Shown one piece after another: positions 47,326 to 58,033 of a stretch of 64,000 nucleotides of DNA; position 1 is the stretch's first letter, and each line of letters begins with the position of its first letter. The DNA comes from a bacterium. Lineage in GTDB: Bacteria > Patescibacteriota > CPR2 > UBA1875 > CAIMLA01. Below the pieces are notes generated by a model. The model was not told the DNA's origin, searched no databases, and saw nothing but the letters and a program-made list of their open reading frames with translations. The stretch covers positions 90,085 to 154,084 of the forward strand of contig JBAXUE010000001.1 of the NCBI GenBank assembly GCA_037129835.1. Reading direction: 5' to 3'. The position numbers and the translations under genes were made by a program.

Positions 47326-48321
47326 ATGAAGCTCGCAATAAATGGTTTTGGACGTATCGGTCGCCAGGTATTTAAAATCCTTACCCAGGAATACCCTGAA
47401 GTTGAAATAGTGGCAGTAAACGACCTTACAGATGTCGCCACCCTTGCTACTTTGCTTAAATATGATTCGAACTATGGTGTTTGGGATGAAAAAATAACTC
47501 CAGAAGACAGCGATATCATGGTAGGAGGTCAAAAGGTAAAAGTATACTCTGAAAAAGACCCCTTAAATCTACCCTGGAAAGAGCTCGAGGTAGACGTTGT
47601 TTTAGAATGCACGGGTTTCTTTACTGATGGCGAAAAAGCAAAAGCACACATTACTGCTGGCGCAAAAAAAGTTTTGATTTCTGCACCTGCAAAAAATCAC
47701 GATATTACTTTGGTTCTTGGCGTTAATGAAGAAAAATATGATAAAGAAAAGCACCATATTGTTTCAAATGCATCTTGTACTACGAACGGCCTGGCACCTA
47801 TCGTGAAAGTACTTGTCGACAACTTCGGTTTGGAAAAGGGTTTCCTAACCACTATTCACTCCTATACCAACGACCAAAGAATATTAGACGCACCACATGA
47901 AGACTTACGAAGAGCAAGAAATGCTGCTACGAATATTATCCCCACATCAACAGGAGCTGCGAAGGCTCTCAAAGAGGTTATCCCAGAAGTTGAAGGCATA
48001 ATTGATGGAGTTGCCGTTCGAGTACCAACACCAACAGTATCGATGAATGATCTTACGGTTGAGCTTACAAAAAGCACAACACCCGAAGAGATAAAAGAAA
48101 AAATGCTCGAAGCTGCTAGGGGTAGGATGAAGGGCCAGCTTTGGGTTTCCATGGATCCAACAGTTTCTATGGACTGGAGAGGAAGTCGTTACTCGTCAAT
48201 TTATGATGGATTACTTACTAAGAATATCGGCGGTAATTTCTTTAAAATTATGGGTTGGTACGATAATGAATGGGGTTATAGCTGCAGACTTGCAGATATG
48301 GCAGTATATATTAGTAAATAA
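47326..48321 (+). CDS. gap: Type I glyceraldehyde-3-phosphate dehydrogenase
   Basis: INGFGRIGR, NASCTTN, WYDNEWGYS. Confidence 0.97.
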   Translation: MKLAINGFGRIGRQVFKILTQEYPEVEIVAVNDLTDVATLATLLKYDSNYGVWDEKITPEDSDIMVGGQKVKVYSEKDPLNLPWKELEVDVVLECTGFFTDGEKAKAHITAGAKKVLISAPAKNHDITLVLGVNEEKYDKEKHHIVSNASCTTNGLAPIVKVLVDNFGLEKGFLTTIHSYTNDQRILDAPHEDLRRARNAATNIIPTSTGAAKALKEVIPEVEGIIDGVAVRVPTPTVSMNDLTVELTKSTTPEEIKEKMLEAARGRMKGQLWVSMDPTVSMDWRGSRYSSIYDGLLTKNIGGNFFKIMGWYDNEWGYSCRLADMAVYISK

Positions 48322-48372
48322 TCTATCAGATGCATCATCCTGATAAATAAAGTGATGATATGCGGGAGGAAA

Positions 48373-49557
48373 ATGAATAAAATAGAAGATATCACAGATT
48401 TAGCTGACAAGAAAGTACTTGTTCGAGTCGATTATAATGTTCCGGTAAAAAAAGGTAAAGTTACAAACAATGAGCGTGTTATTGCTAGCCTTGAAACTAT
48501 TAATTTTCTTATAGAAAAAGGAGCAGGCGTAGTTCTTTGTTCTCATTTGGGTCGCCCTGATGGGCAAAAAAAAATAGAATTCAGTCTAAAGCCCTTAGCA
48601 AAAGAGTTAGAGTCTTTAATAAAGACAAGGGTTAAGTTTGTTGATGATTGCATTGGTTTAGATAAAGATAAAGCTGTTATGGGCCTTAAGCCTGGAGAGG
48701 TTTTGTTGCTTGAAAATGTTCGATTTTATCCTGAAGAAGAAACAAATGATGCGCTTTTTGCGCAGAAATTATCGAGAGGATGCGACATTTATATTGATGA
48801 TGCATTTTCTTCGTCACATAGGGCGCATGCATCGGTTGTGGGTGTTTCAGAATATTTGCCTAGTTATGCAGGATTTTGTATGGAAAAAGAGATTGATAAT
48901 CTCTCCAAACTACTCGGCAATACTGCCAAGCCTTTTGTATTTATTTCTGGTGGCGCAAAAATATCAGACAAAATCGGCATTTTAGAAAACTTATTGGGCA
49001 AAGTAGACACCATGCTTATAGGTGGAGGAATGGCGAACACATTTCTTTCTGGGCAACAGGTTGAAGTAGGTTGTTCTCTATATGAAGAAGATTTTGTAAA
49101 AAAATCACAAGAAATTATAACCCTCGGACAGCAAAAAGGCATTAAAATTATATTGCCAATCGATGTTGTTATAACTAGAGATATCACAGAAAATGCAAAG
49201 GGGCTAAATGTTCCGATTGACGAAGTGGGGGAACTTGATATTATCGCAGATATAGGCTTTGACACGATTAGTCTATTCGAAAAGGAAATAGCTAAGGCGG
49301 GGACAGTTTTCTGGAATGGTCCTTTGGGTGTCGCAGAATTTCCTGAATTCGCGAAAGGCACTGTTTTGATAGGAAAGGCAATAGCCAGAAATGAGAGTGT
49401 TTTTAGTGTTATAGGTGGCGGCGATACAATTGCAGCTATCTCTGAAGAAGTAAAAGACAACTACAGTTTTGTTTCCATGGCAGGAGGGGCATCAATGGAA
49501 TTTCTTGAGGGCAAGGAATTGCCAGGAATTAAGGCACTCGAGTATAAGGTCGTTTAG
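48373..49557 (+). CDS. pgk: Phosphoglycerate kinase
   Basis: RVDYNVP, SHLGRP, LENVRF, GGAKISDKI, WNGPLG; SD before ATG 48373. Confidence 0.96.
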   Translation: MNKIEDITDLADKKVLVRVDYNVPVKKGKVTNNERVIASLETINFLIEKGAGVVLCSHLGRPDGQKKIEFSLKPLAKELESLIKTRVKFVDDCIGLDKDKAVMGLKPGEVLLLENVRFYPEEETNDALFAQKLSRGCDIYIDDAFSSSHRAHASVVGVSEYLPSYAGFCMEKEIDNLSKLLGNTAKPFVFISGGAKISDKIGILENLLGKVDTMLIGGGMANTFLSGQQVEVGCSLYEEDFVKKSQEIITLGQQKGIKIILPIDVVITRDITENAKGLNVPIDEVGELDIIADIGFDTISLFEKEIAKAGTVFWNGPLGVAEFPEFAKGTVLIGKAIARNESVFSVIGGGDTIAAISEEVKDNYSFVSMAGGASMEFLEGKELPGIKALEYKVV

Positions 49558-49604
49558 TGGTACAATTATGGCAAGCTGATTGAAGCATTTCTAGGAGGGG
49601 GATA

Positions 49605-51356
49605 TTGGGTAATAAAGATAATACAATTAAAAAAAATGTGGTAGAACCAAGCGTTGGAGATAATGCTGTTCCTGTGGTTAATGTTGATCCAGAAAAAGTA
49701 GCAGGACCTAGCGATGACGTTACCTCTTCTGAAGTGACGGCGGAAATACCAACTTCGCTCGATTCTGCTAACTCAGAGGGGGCAATTCCTTTAGGTTTGC
49801 CAACTGAACAGCCCTCTGTAGTATCAGACGTTCCGCAAGAAAATTCCGAGTCTGCGGTCACAGAATATTCAGCTGAAGCTCCTCGGGAACTACCAAACAC
49901 CGAGCAAACAATTCCGGAAAGTGTGCCTCTAGTTTCTGAAGATATACCCGAGGCGCCTTTGTATCAAGAACAGTCACCATTTTTATCAGAGCAATCGGAT
50001 GTTAATCCAATTATTCAGCAACCGATATCCCCAACAACAGGACAGATATCTGCTTTGCCACCGGATGTCGGCGGTATTAAGGGTTTTGATCCTGCTAACA
50101 AATATAATAAGAGGTTTGTATACATTATCTTCGGGAGCGTTGTTGGCCTACTAGTCCTCATTTTATTAGGCTTCCTAGGTTATAATTTTTATATTTCAAG
50201 TTCAAATGAGCGCATTCTGGGTTTGGCCGCTAAGAATATAATTAACAGTAAGAATATAGAAGTAGATTTCAGTGTAGGTGTAGATAGCTTCTCATTAAAC
50301 GGCAAATTATATGTTGATAAAACTCAGAACCTTAAGTTTCTAGTTTCTGTAAGTGGATTTTCATTAGAGGCTCTATATCTGAAAGAGAAAGACATCGTTT
50401 ATTTAAAAGAACTGGACTTGTTTGGTTCGGGCACAAGCACAGAAAGTAAAGCTGCTTATTATGAGGGCAAAAATGTTGAAAAGGCAATAAATAAATATAG
50501 CACAAAGGATTTGGGGTTAGATTCTCTTAATCCAACAAAAGACTATTTTTCGTCGGAAAATATGAAACATTTTAAACGAGAAGACGATGAAAAGAGAGAT
50601 GGTATTGACCTATATAAATACAGCTTTGTTGCAAATGAGGCAGATATTAAAAAAGCTACCGATCAAGCAAATACAAAAATAGCAGAATATTCTCCAGATA
50701 TTAAGGTTAAGCATGTTAAAAACACTACAACACTTTTGATCAAAAAATCAGATTTTACTCTTTATCGAGTCGATGGTAATACCGAAATAAGCTATTCTCA
50801 AAAAATGCCGGATACATCGAAATGTTTGTCCTTATCATATGAAGAACAGACCACATGTGCAGATAAGGCCCCAACAAAAGAACAAACACAGAAATATGTG
50901 TTCAAATGGGCTTTGGATATAAAGGGTGGTTATAAAGACACCATCGCACTTCCAAAAGGTTCGACGATTTCTCAGTCCGTTGATTTGTCAACATATGAAG
51001 ATGATATAAAGAAAACTACGAATGATAGCGAAAGAAAATCGAATTCTTGGTCTATAGAAACTGCCCTCGAAACGTATTATATAGACAATAAGAGCTATCC
51101 AACGAAATTAGCTTTATTAGTACCGGATTACCTGAAGTCTTTGCCGAAAAATCCAGGTGATACCAAATTCTTATATGTAGCGAAAGACAATGGCTACACG
51201 CTGTCGGTTAAACTTGAAAATCCAGATAAAAATGACTCTAATGTAAAGAATGGATCGTATATAGTAACTAAAACTGCAGATCAAATAAATGTTTTCGATA
51301 TGCCAGTGCCCACCGAAGTAAATAATGTTGATTTGCCAGTGTCACTTTTAGAATAA
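49605..51356 (+). CDS. Single-pass membrane protein: disordered acidic N-terminus, extracellular domain, C-terminal GspG/pilin-like domain
   Basis: TM near aa 172-195; DSERKS...IETALETYY.DN..YP..L..LVP.YL..LP..P. Confidence 0.7.
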   Translation: MGNKDNTIKKNVVEPSVGDNAVPVVNVDPEKVAGPSDDVTSSEVTAEIPTSLDSANSEGAIPLGLPTEQPSVVSDVPQENSESAVTEYSAEAPRELPNTEQTIPESVPLVSEDIPEAPLYQEQSPFLSEQSDVNPIIQQPISPTTGQISALPPDVGGIKGFDPANKYNKRFVYIIFGSVVGLLVLILLGFLGYNFYISSSNERILGLAAKNIINSKNIEVDFSVGVDSFSLNGKLYVDKTQNLKFLVSVSGFSLEALYLKEKDIVYLKELDLFGSGTSTESKAAYYEGKNVEKAINKYSTKDLGLDSLNPTKDYFSSENMKHFKREDDEKRDGIDLYKYSFVANEADIKKATDQANTKIAEYSPDIKVKHVKNTTTLLIKKSDFTLYRVDGNTEISYSQKMPDTSKCLSLSYEEQTTCADKAPTKEQTQKYVFKWALDIKGGYKDTIALPKGSTISQSVDLSTYEDDIKKTTNDSERKSNSWSIETALETYYIDNKSYPTKLALLVPDYLKSLPKNPGDTKFLYVAKDNGYTLSVKLENPDKNDSNVKNGSYIVTKTADQINVFDMPVPTEVNNVDLPVSLLE

Positions 51357-51357
51357 T

Positions 51358-52155
51358 ATGGATAATACTAACATGAACAAGAAAATAGTAATTGGTAATT
51401 GGAAAATGAACCTAACGGTACCGGAAAGCACTATTTTAATTGAAAAATTAATCAAGGGCTTGAGAAGTGTCTCGGATACGGAAGTAGTAATTTGCCCAAC
51501 TTTTTTGGATATATATTCAGCTTCAAAGGAGCTAAACAACACCAATATTTCACTTGGGGCACAAAACATATTTTTTGAGGATGAGGGTGCCTACACGGGG
51601 GAGGTGTCACCTGTTCATTTGGCGCATTTTGTGAAGTATTGTATCATTGGCCATTCTGAACGTCGTGTTAATTTCGGGGAAACTGACAAAATGGTGGCGA
51701 AAAAAGTAGCCTCTGCCGTTGCCCACGGGATAACTCCAATAATCTGTATAGGTGATACTTTACACGAAAAACGAGATGGACTTAGTCGAGTCGTGGTGAT
51801 GAGCCAGTTGGAAACCTCTCTTTCATATTTAACAGAAAAGGAAGTGGCTGAAGTTATAATTGCTTATGAGCCAGTGTGGGCCATTAGCACCAGCGGCGGC
51901 ATGGTATGTGAACCTTCGGACGCTGAACAAATGGCTAAAAACATTAGATCTCTTGTAAGTGCACTGTATGGCAAGCAGGCAGCCACAAAGCTACGTGTTT
52001 TATACGGAGGCAGTGTTAACGACTCTAATGTAGATGGTTATGCTAAAATAAAAAATATGGACGGAGCCCTAGTTGGAGCTGCCAGTCTCGATTATAACAA
52101 GTTCGTGAACATTGTTATAATGTATGATAAGTTGAGAAAGGTACAAAAAATATGA
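51358..52155 (+). CDS. tpiA: Triosephosphate isomerase
   Basis: GNWKMN, GHSERR, AYEPVWAI, YGGSV. Confidence 0.96.
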   Translation: MDNTNMNKKIVIGNWKMNLTVPESTILIEKLIKGLRSVSDTEVVICPTFLDIYSASKELNNTNISLGAQNIFFEDEGAYTGEVSPVHLAHFVKYCIIGHSERRVNFGETDKMVAKKVASAVAHGITPIICIGDTLHEKRDGLSRVVVMSQLETSLSYLTEKEVAEVIIAYEPVWAISTSGGMVCEPSDAEQMAKNIRSLVSALYGKQAATKLRVLYGGSVNDSNVDGYAKIKNMDGALVGAASLDYNKFVNIVIMYDKLRKVQKI

Positions 52156-53006
52156 TTTTTACTACTAAAGAGCTATTTATTAGAGCAGCTATAGGTAATT
52201 ATGCAATCGGTGCATTTAATGTTTCAACACCTGAGGCTATAAGAGGTGTTTTAGAAGCTGCTGAAGAGCTTAATTCACCAGTGATTATAGAAACTAGTGA
52301 AGGCGAGATGGGCTATATGGGGTCAAAGGTGGTGGCGGATATTGTTAGGGGATTAGCTACAGACTTGAGTATACCTGTTGCCTTGCATTTAGACCATGGA
52401 CAAAGTTTAGACTCTGTTAAAAAGGCTATTGGAGCCGGTTATACATCTGTCCATATTGATGGATCAGCGTTAGAATATGATGAAAACGTTGCATTAACAA
52501 AGCAGGTTATGGAATATGCACACGATAGAGGAGTGACTGTAGAAGGTGAGCTCGGGCATATAGGCGGAGTAAGTGAGATACATACAGAAAGTTCTAAAAT
52601 AGAACCAAGTACTTATACTGATCCTGAAATGGCAAAGTTTTTCGTTGAGGAAACTGGAATAGACGTTTTAGCCTCATCTATAGGGAACGTTCATGGTATT
52701 TATAAGAATGAGCCAGAATTAGACTTTGATCGACTCAAAAAAATTGGGAAAATCGGTGTACCTCTTTCTTTTCATGGGGGTTCGGGAATTTCCGAAGTAA
52801 ATATCAAGAAAGCAATTTCATTAGGCGTCACTAAGGTTAATGTAAATACTGAGCTTAGGGTTGCCTATACAGAGACACTGAGAAGAGAATTAATCGCAGA
52901 CACAGAAGTAGAAATTCCATATAAATATTTGCCCAAAACTATTGCAGCTGTTAAAAAAGTAGTCAAAGAGAAAATAAAAATTTTTGGTAGTGAAAATAAG
53001 GCATAG
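52152..53006 (+). CDS. fba: Class II fructose-bisphosphate aldolase
   Basis: GAFNV, HLDHG, EGELG, GNVHG, HGGSG, KVNVNT. Confidence 0.93.
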   Translation: MIFTTKELFIRAAIGNYAIGAFNVSTPEAIRGVLEAAEELNSPVIIETSEGEMGYMGSKVVADIVRGLATDLSIPVALHLDHGQSLDSVKKAIGAGYTSVHIDGSALEYDENVALTKQVMEYAHDRGVTVEGELGHIGGVSEIHTESSKIEPSTYTDPEMAKFFVEETGIDVLASSIGNVHGIYKNEPELDFDRLKKIGKIGVPLSFHGGSGISEVNIKKAISLGVTKVNVNTELRVAYTETLRRELIADTEVEIPYKYLPKTIAAVKKVVKEKIKIFGSENKA

Positions 53007-53075
53007 TAATACTGTATTTGTTATATAATGTTAAGAAAATTTGATAAATAAACATAGATAAAGGAGGGATAATAA

Positions 53076-55460
53076 ATGTCTAAAAATATAGTTTGGTTTA
53101 AAGAAGTTGGAAAAGACGACGGTGCGACTGTTGGTGGTAAGGGTGCTAATCTAGGAGAGTTAACGTCGGTTGGTTTGCCCGTTCCTCCTGGATATATTAT
53201 TACTGCAGACGCTTATTTTGATTATATTAAATCTACTGGTCTTGAACAAAGTATTAGTTCAGTTATTGAGGGTTTCGACAAAGAAGACACAAAAGATTTA
53301 CAAGAAAGAGCAGAAAAATCCAAAAAGTTAATTTTAGAAACGCCACTTCCAGATTCTTTAAAACAAGAAATCCTAGAGGGCTATCATAAGTTAGCCGAAG
53401 AAAGCGGCACTTTGCTAGAAGAGTTATATGTTGCAGTCCGCTCAAGTGCAACTGCAGAAGATTTGGCAGGCGCTTCTTTTGCTGGACAGCAGGCCACATA
53501 TTTAAATGTTATTGGCGATGACGATTTGCTAGTAGCTGTCCTTAAATGTTGGGCTTCTTTATTTGAGGCAAGGGCTATTTATTATCGAGCCGAGCAAGGA
53601 TTCGGACAACTTGAAGTTGGCATAGCTGTCCCTGTGCAAAAAATGGTTAATTCTGAAGCTGCTGGGGTAATGTTTACAATTGATCCATCAAATAATGACC
53701 TTGACCATATTTCTATAGAAGCAGCTTATGGTCTTGGTGAAGTCGTTGTTCTTGGCGCTGTTACCCCTGATAGATATTTGGTAGACAAAAAGACCCTAGA
53801 GATAAGTTCAAAAGAAATTTTCAAACAAGAGTGGAAGCTTACTAGAGATTCTGGTTCTGGTGATACTGGGGATTTGTCTGTGCTAAAGAGCGAAAGCATT
53901 CCTGTTCCAGTAGAGCTACAAGACGTGCAAAAAATTACGGATGAACAAATATTGGAGCTCGCTAAGTTAGCTCTTAAAATTGAAGAACATTATGGTAAGC
54001 CACAAGATACTGAGTGGGCGCTTGAGGAAGGAAAGATGTACATGGTACAAAGCAGACCAGTTACAACCCTTGGAGACTCAACTAAAGATGATAGTAAAGC
54101 CGTAAAGCCGGATGAAGGCAAACATGAAATAATCATGAAAGGCCAAGCGGCTAGTACTGGTATGGCATCAGGCCCAGTAAAGATAATTCATAGTCCTACC
54201 GAAATCGATTTAATTAAAGAAGGTGATGTCTTAGTAACAGAAATGACAACACCAGACTTTGTTCCAGCAATGAAGAGAGCGGCGGGTATTGTGACTGATG
54301 CTGGCGGGCGTACTTGTCATGCAGCGATAGTTTCGCGCGAACTCGGCATACCTTGTGTTGTTGGTACGGGCGAAGCAACAACAAAATTAAAAGACGGACA
54401 GATTGTTACAGTCGATGGCAAGGGCGGAAATGTATATGACGGTAAGATAGAGGTAAAACAACCCGAAATTGCCACTGGGACAGTCGTAGCAGGCCAGACA
54501 GCGCCAATAACCGCGACTAAGATATATGTTAACCTAGCAGAACCTTCACTCGCCGAAAAAGTCGCTGCAATGGATGTTGATGGTGTTGGCCTACTTAGAG
54601 CTGAATTTATTATTATGGAATCTATTGCCGAACACCCTAAAAAAATGATAAAAGAGGGCAGACAAGAAGAATATGTCACTAAACTGGCTGAGGGAATGGA
54701 GACATTTGCAAAAGCCTTTCATCCTAGAAATGTTGTTTACCGTGCAACAGATTTCAAGACAAACGAATATCGTGGACTTAAAGGTGGTGAAGAGTTTGAA
54801 CCAAATGAAGAAAATCCAATGATTGGTTACCGTGGTTGTTTCCGTTATCTTAAGGATCCAGAGGAATTTGGCCTTGAGCTTGAGGCGATTAAGCGTGTTC
54901 GTAAAAATTATAACAACCTACAGCTCATGATACCGTTTGTTAGACGAACTGACGAATTTGCAAAAGTAAAAGCAATAGTAGAAGGAAGTGGTCTTAATAA
55001 GGAACTAGATCCAGACTTTAAGCTTTGGATTATGGTAGAGGTGCCAAGTGCGGTGATTGAAATTGATAAATACTGCGAAATGGGTATCGACGGTGTTTCT
55101 ATAGGCTCAAATGATTTGACTCAGCTAACTCTTGGTCTCGATCGTGATTCCAGCGTAGTAGCTGAAGAATTCGACGAAAGATATCCAGCCGTACAATGGA
55201 TGATTAAACATACTGTTGAGACATGCGCAAAATATGGGGTTACTTGTTCAATATGCGGCCAGGCCCCAAGTGTTTATCCTGAGGTTGCACAGCAAATGGT
55301 TGAATATGGTGCTACGTCTATTTCAGTAAACCCAGATATGATTGATAGTACTCGTAAACTTGTTGCTGCCGTTGAAGAAAAGATTGTTTTGTCAGAAATT
55401 GTAAATATGAAAAACGAAATAAAAGATTTAGAGAGCAGACTTAGTTCTGATGGGAGCTAG
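53076..55460 (+). CDS. ppsA: Phosphoenolpyruvate synthase
   Basis: GGKGANLGE, VRSSATAED, GGRTCHAAIVSRE, SIGSNDLTQ. Confidence 0.96.
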   Translation: MSKNIVWFKEVGKDDGATVGGKGANLGELTSVGLPVPPGYIITADAYFDYIKSTGLEQSISSVIEGFDKEDTKDLQERAEKSKKLILETPLPDSLKQEILEGYHKLAEESGTLLEELYVAVRSSATAEDLAGASFAGQQATYLNVIGDDDLLVAVLKCWASLFEARAIYYRAEQGFGQLEVGIAVPVQKMVNSEAAGVMFTIDPSNNDLDHISIEAAYGLGEVVVLGAVTPDRYLVDKKTLEISSKEIFKQEWKLTRDSGSGDTGDLSVLKSESIPVPVELQDVQKITDEQILELAKLALKIEEHYGKPQDTEWALEEGKMYMVQSRPVTTLGDSTKDDSKAVKPDEGKHEIIMKGQAASTGMASGPVKIIHSPTEIDLIKEGDVLVTEMTTPDFVPAMKRAAGIVTDAGGRTCHAAIVSRELGIPCVVGTGEATTKLKDGQIVTVDGKGGNVYDGKIEVKQPEIATGTVVAGQTAPITATKIYVNLAEPSLAEKVAAMDVDGVGLLRAEFIIMESIAEHPKKMIKEGRQEEYVTKLAEGMETFAKAFHPRNVVYRATDFKTNEYRGLKGGEEFEPNEENPMIGYRGCFRYLKDPEEFGLELEAIKRVRKNYNNLQLMIPFVRRTDEFAKVKAIVEGSGLNKELDPDFKLWIMVEVPSAVIEIDKYCEMGIDGVSIGSNDLTQLTLGLDRDSSVVAEEFDERYPAVQWMIKHTVETCAKYGVTCSICGQAPSVYPEVAQQMVEYGATSISVNPDMIDSTRKLVAAVEEKIVLSEIVNMKNEIKDLESRLSSDGS

Positions 55461-55470
55461 ATAAAGTATA

Positions 55471-56661
55471 ATGTTATGTCCAAACTGTAAAACCGAATTA
55501 GTTGAGGTAAATGGTCGATATATTTGCTCTGAGTGCGGTAAGGAAGTGCCATTAAATGAAGTGAGCGTTGGTACCTGGGATGAATCAGGTGAAAAACTCA
55601 AGATTCATCCTGCCCCAGGTTCTGAAAATGTTTCTAGTACCAGCAATCCAATGGAAGAATCAACAGATTATATCGAAGATGATGTATCGTCTATAGACAA
55701 CAAGGATGGAAAATCAAAGAAAAACAAGGAGAAGGTGATTAGCCCAAAACCTTCTTCGGGTGGAGCAAAGTGGACCCCAAAGGTTATTGAACCAGTAAAG
55801 ACTGTAGATTCATTTGAGGATATTGATAAACAAGTATTCGGTAAAAATGCCCCACAGAAACCGGCAGATAACCCAGAGATACCTCAAGCTTTTGAACGCG
55901 GGGCGCTCGAAGTAGAGAGTGCTGGAAACATTGATTTAAATAATACCGGAGTTGATGTAACTCTTGACTCTGACATATACAAAGACCCAATATTTGAAGA
56001 ATCTACACTCCAGGAATCTACTACAAACCGTCAGGATAATTCAATCAGATCTAAAATACAAAGAACTTTTAAAAATGATTCTGAGATAGAATCAAAGATT
56101 AATATAATTATCATAGCAGTGGGCACGGTTTTTTTATTTACTTTTATAATAGTTGGAATAATTTCAATTGTTTCATTGAGCAGAAAGGCAGTAGTTCCCT
56201 TAACAAACGGGAATAACTTAAACGATATTGTTGTCAACTGCGGTGACGCAGATACACAAGAAGATAAGGCTCTTTGTATTGAACAAAGATATAGCGTCTG
56301 CAAACCCGCCAAATGGTTTGGGGTGTTCCCTGCTATACCAGATACAGAAGCTGCCTATCAGATTATGGGAATATCGGATGATCTTTGCCAAGTCTCTATC
56401 ACAATGGAAAAATATGTGGATAAGCCTGAGATTGAGAACGAAGTAATGTCATGCCAGCTAGATTTTAGCCAAGAATTTGTAAAAGCAGAATTATTACTTT
56501 CAGAAAAAAACTGTAGTGGCACGCTCGCTAACCTTCTTTATGGGTCACAGTTGAAAACCCCTAGCGTTACCCCAACCACAAGCATTACACCATCACCTAG
56601 CGTTACCCCAACTTCAAGTGTTACCCCAAAACCTAGTGTTACTCCAAAACCTGCAATCTAG
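55471..56661 (+). CDS. Zinc-ribbon single-pass membrane protein with a Cys-rich ectodomain and a TP/S-rich tail
   Basis: CPNC...CSEC; TM near aa 212-235; TPSVTP repeats. Confidence 0.72.
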   Translation: MLCPNCKTELVEVNGRYICSECGKEVPLNEVSVGTWDESGEKLKIHPAPGSENVSSTSNPMEESTDYIEDDVSSIDNKDGKSKKNKEKVISPKPSSGGAKWTPKVIEPVKTVDSFEDIDKQVFGKNAPQKPADNPEIPQAFERGALEVESAGNIDLNNTGVDVTLDSDIYKDPIFEESTLQESTTNRQDNSIRSKIQRTFKNDSEIESKINIIIIAVGTVFLFTFIIVGIISIVSLSRKAVVPLTNGNNLNDIVVNCGDADTQEDKALCIEQRYSVCKPAKWFGVFPAIPDTEAAYQIMGISDDLCQVSITMEKYVDKPEIENEVMSCQLDFSQEFVKAELLLSEKNCSGTLANLLYGSQLKTPSVTPTTSITPSPSVTPTSSVTPKPSVTPKPAI

Positions 56662-56727
56662 ATAAGTCCAGAATCATTCTGGGGGCAGAGTCTAGTAATT
56701 AATAGATTAATCGGTAATAATATATTT

Positions 56728-58017
56728 ATGAGAATCACAGAACTAAACGCAATCCAAATACTAGACTCCCGAGGGAATCCAACACTTAAAGTTTTAGCTT
56801 GGGTGGATGGTATAAGCGGAGAATTTTCTGTTCCGAGCGGTGCATCTACGGGTAGTCACGAAGCACTTGAATTACGTGATGGCGGTTCAGCTTTTGATGG
56901 ACAAGGTGTCAAAAAAGCAATTGAAAATATCAAGGGTCCTATTAGTGATCTTATTGTTGGACAAGACCCCTTTGATTTACGTGCAATAGACAATATGATG
57001 AATAGACTAGATGGTACTGACAATAAAGCCGTTTTGGGTGCAAACGCAATTTTGGGTGTTTCGGGGGCTGTTACAGTTGCCTCGGCGAATGCGTTAAAGA
57101 TCCCCTTATTCCAATATATTCGCGATATTTATGAAAATGATGGACATTGGCAGTCAGATTTAAATATCAAGGTAGATGATTATATAATGCCTAAAATGTA
57201 TTTTAATATTTTAAATGGCGGTAAGCACGCCGAGAACAACGTTGATATTCAAGAGACTATGATAGTTCCACAAAAAAAGACCATAGCTGAAAATATAAAA
57301 ATCGCTTCTGAGATATATCATTCTTTAAAAAAGGTGTTAATTAGTAAAAATATGTCTGTTGGCCTTGGTGATGAAGGTGGATTTGCTCCAAATCTGGAGT
57401 CAAATACTAAGGTTTTCGAAGTTGTGCTCGAGGCAATAGAAAAAGCAGGCTATGTTTCTGGAAAAGACGTTGCAATCGCAATAGATGTTGCTGCCACAGA
57501 AATTTTTTCTCATGACAAAGATGATAAATATATACTTGGAAGTGAGGGCGTAGGCTTAAATTCACAGCAACTTGTCAGTTGGTATAAAGAATTAGCAACG
57601 ACTTATCCGATTATATCTATAGAAGATGGACTTTCTGAAGATGATTGGGACGGTTGGAAGCATATGACGGAAAGGATTGGAGATAAAATACAGTTAGTCG
57701 GAGACGATCTTTTTGTAACGAACCCAGTCAGAATAAAAAAGGGAATCGATGAGGGCGCAGGGACGGCAGTGTTAATTAAAATTAATCAGATCGGTACCAT
57801 AACCGAGACTTTAGATGCGATCCATCTAGCTTTGAAAAATAAAATGAAATGTATGGTTTCTCACCGGAGCGGCGAAACAACTGATTCTTTTATTGCTGAT
57901 CTGGTTGTGGGGACCGGTGTTGGGCAGATTAAGTCAGGGGCACCTGCTCGTGGTGAAAGGACAGCGAAGTATAATCGACTTTTAGAGATCGAGGAATATT
58001 TAATTAATAATAAATAA
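56728..58017 (+). CDS. eno: Enolase
   Basis: DSRGNPT, PSGASTG, GDEGG, SHRSGET, QIKSGAP. Confidence 0.97.
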   Translation: MRITELNAIQILDSRGNPTLKVLAWVDGISGEFSVPSGASTGSHEALELRDGGSAFDGQGVKKAIENIKGPISDLIVGQDPFDLRAIDNMMNRLDGTDNKAVLGANAILGVSGAVTVASANALKIPLFQYIRDIYENDGHWQSDLNIKVDDYIMPKMYFNILNGGKHAENNVDIQETMIVPQKKTIAENIKIASEIYHSLKKVLISKNMSVGLGDEGGFAPNLESNTKVFEVVLEAIEKAGYVSGKDVAIAIDVAATEIFSHDKDDKYILGSEGVGLNSQQLVSWYKELATTYPIISIEDGLSEDDWDGWKHMTERIGDKIQLVGDDLFVTNPVRIKKGIDEGAGTAVLIKINQIGTITETLDAIHLALKNKMKCMVSHRSGETTDSFIADLVVGTGVGQIKSGAPARGERTAKYNRLLEIEEYLINNK

Positions 58018-58033
58018 ACACAGGAAATCTGGT

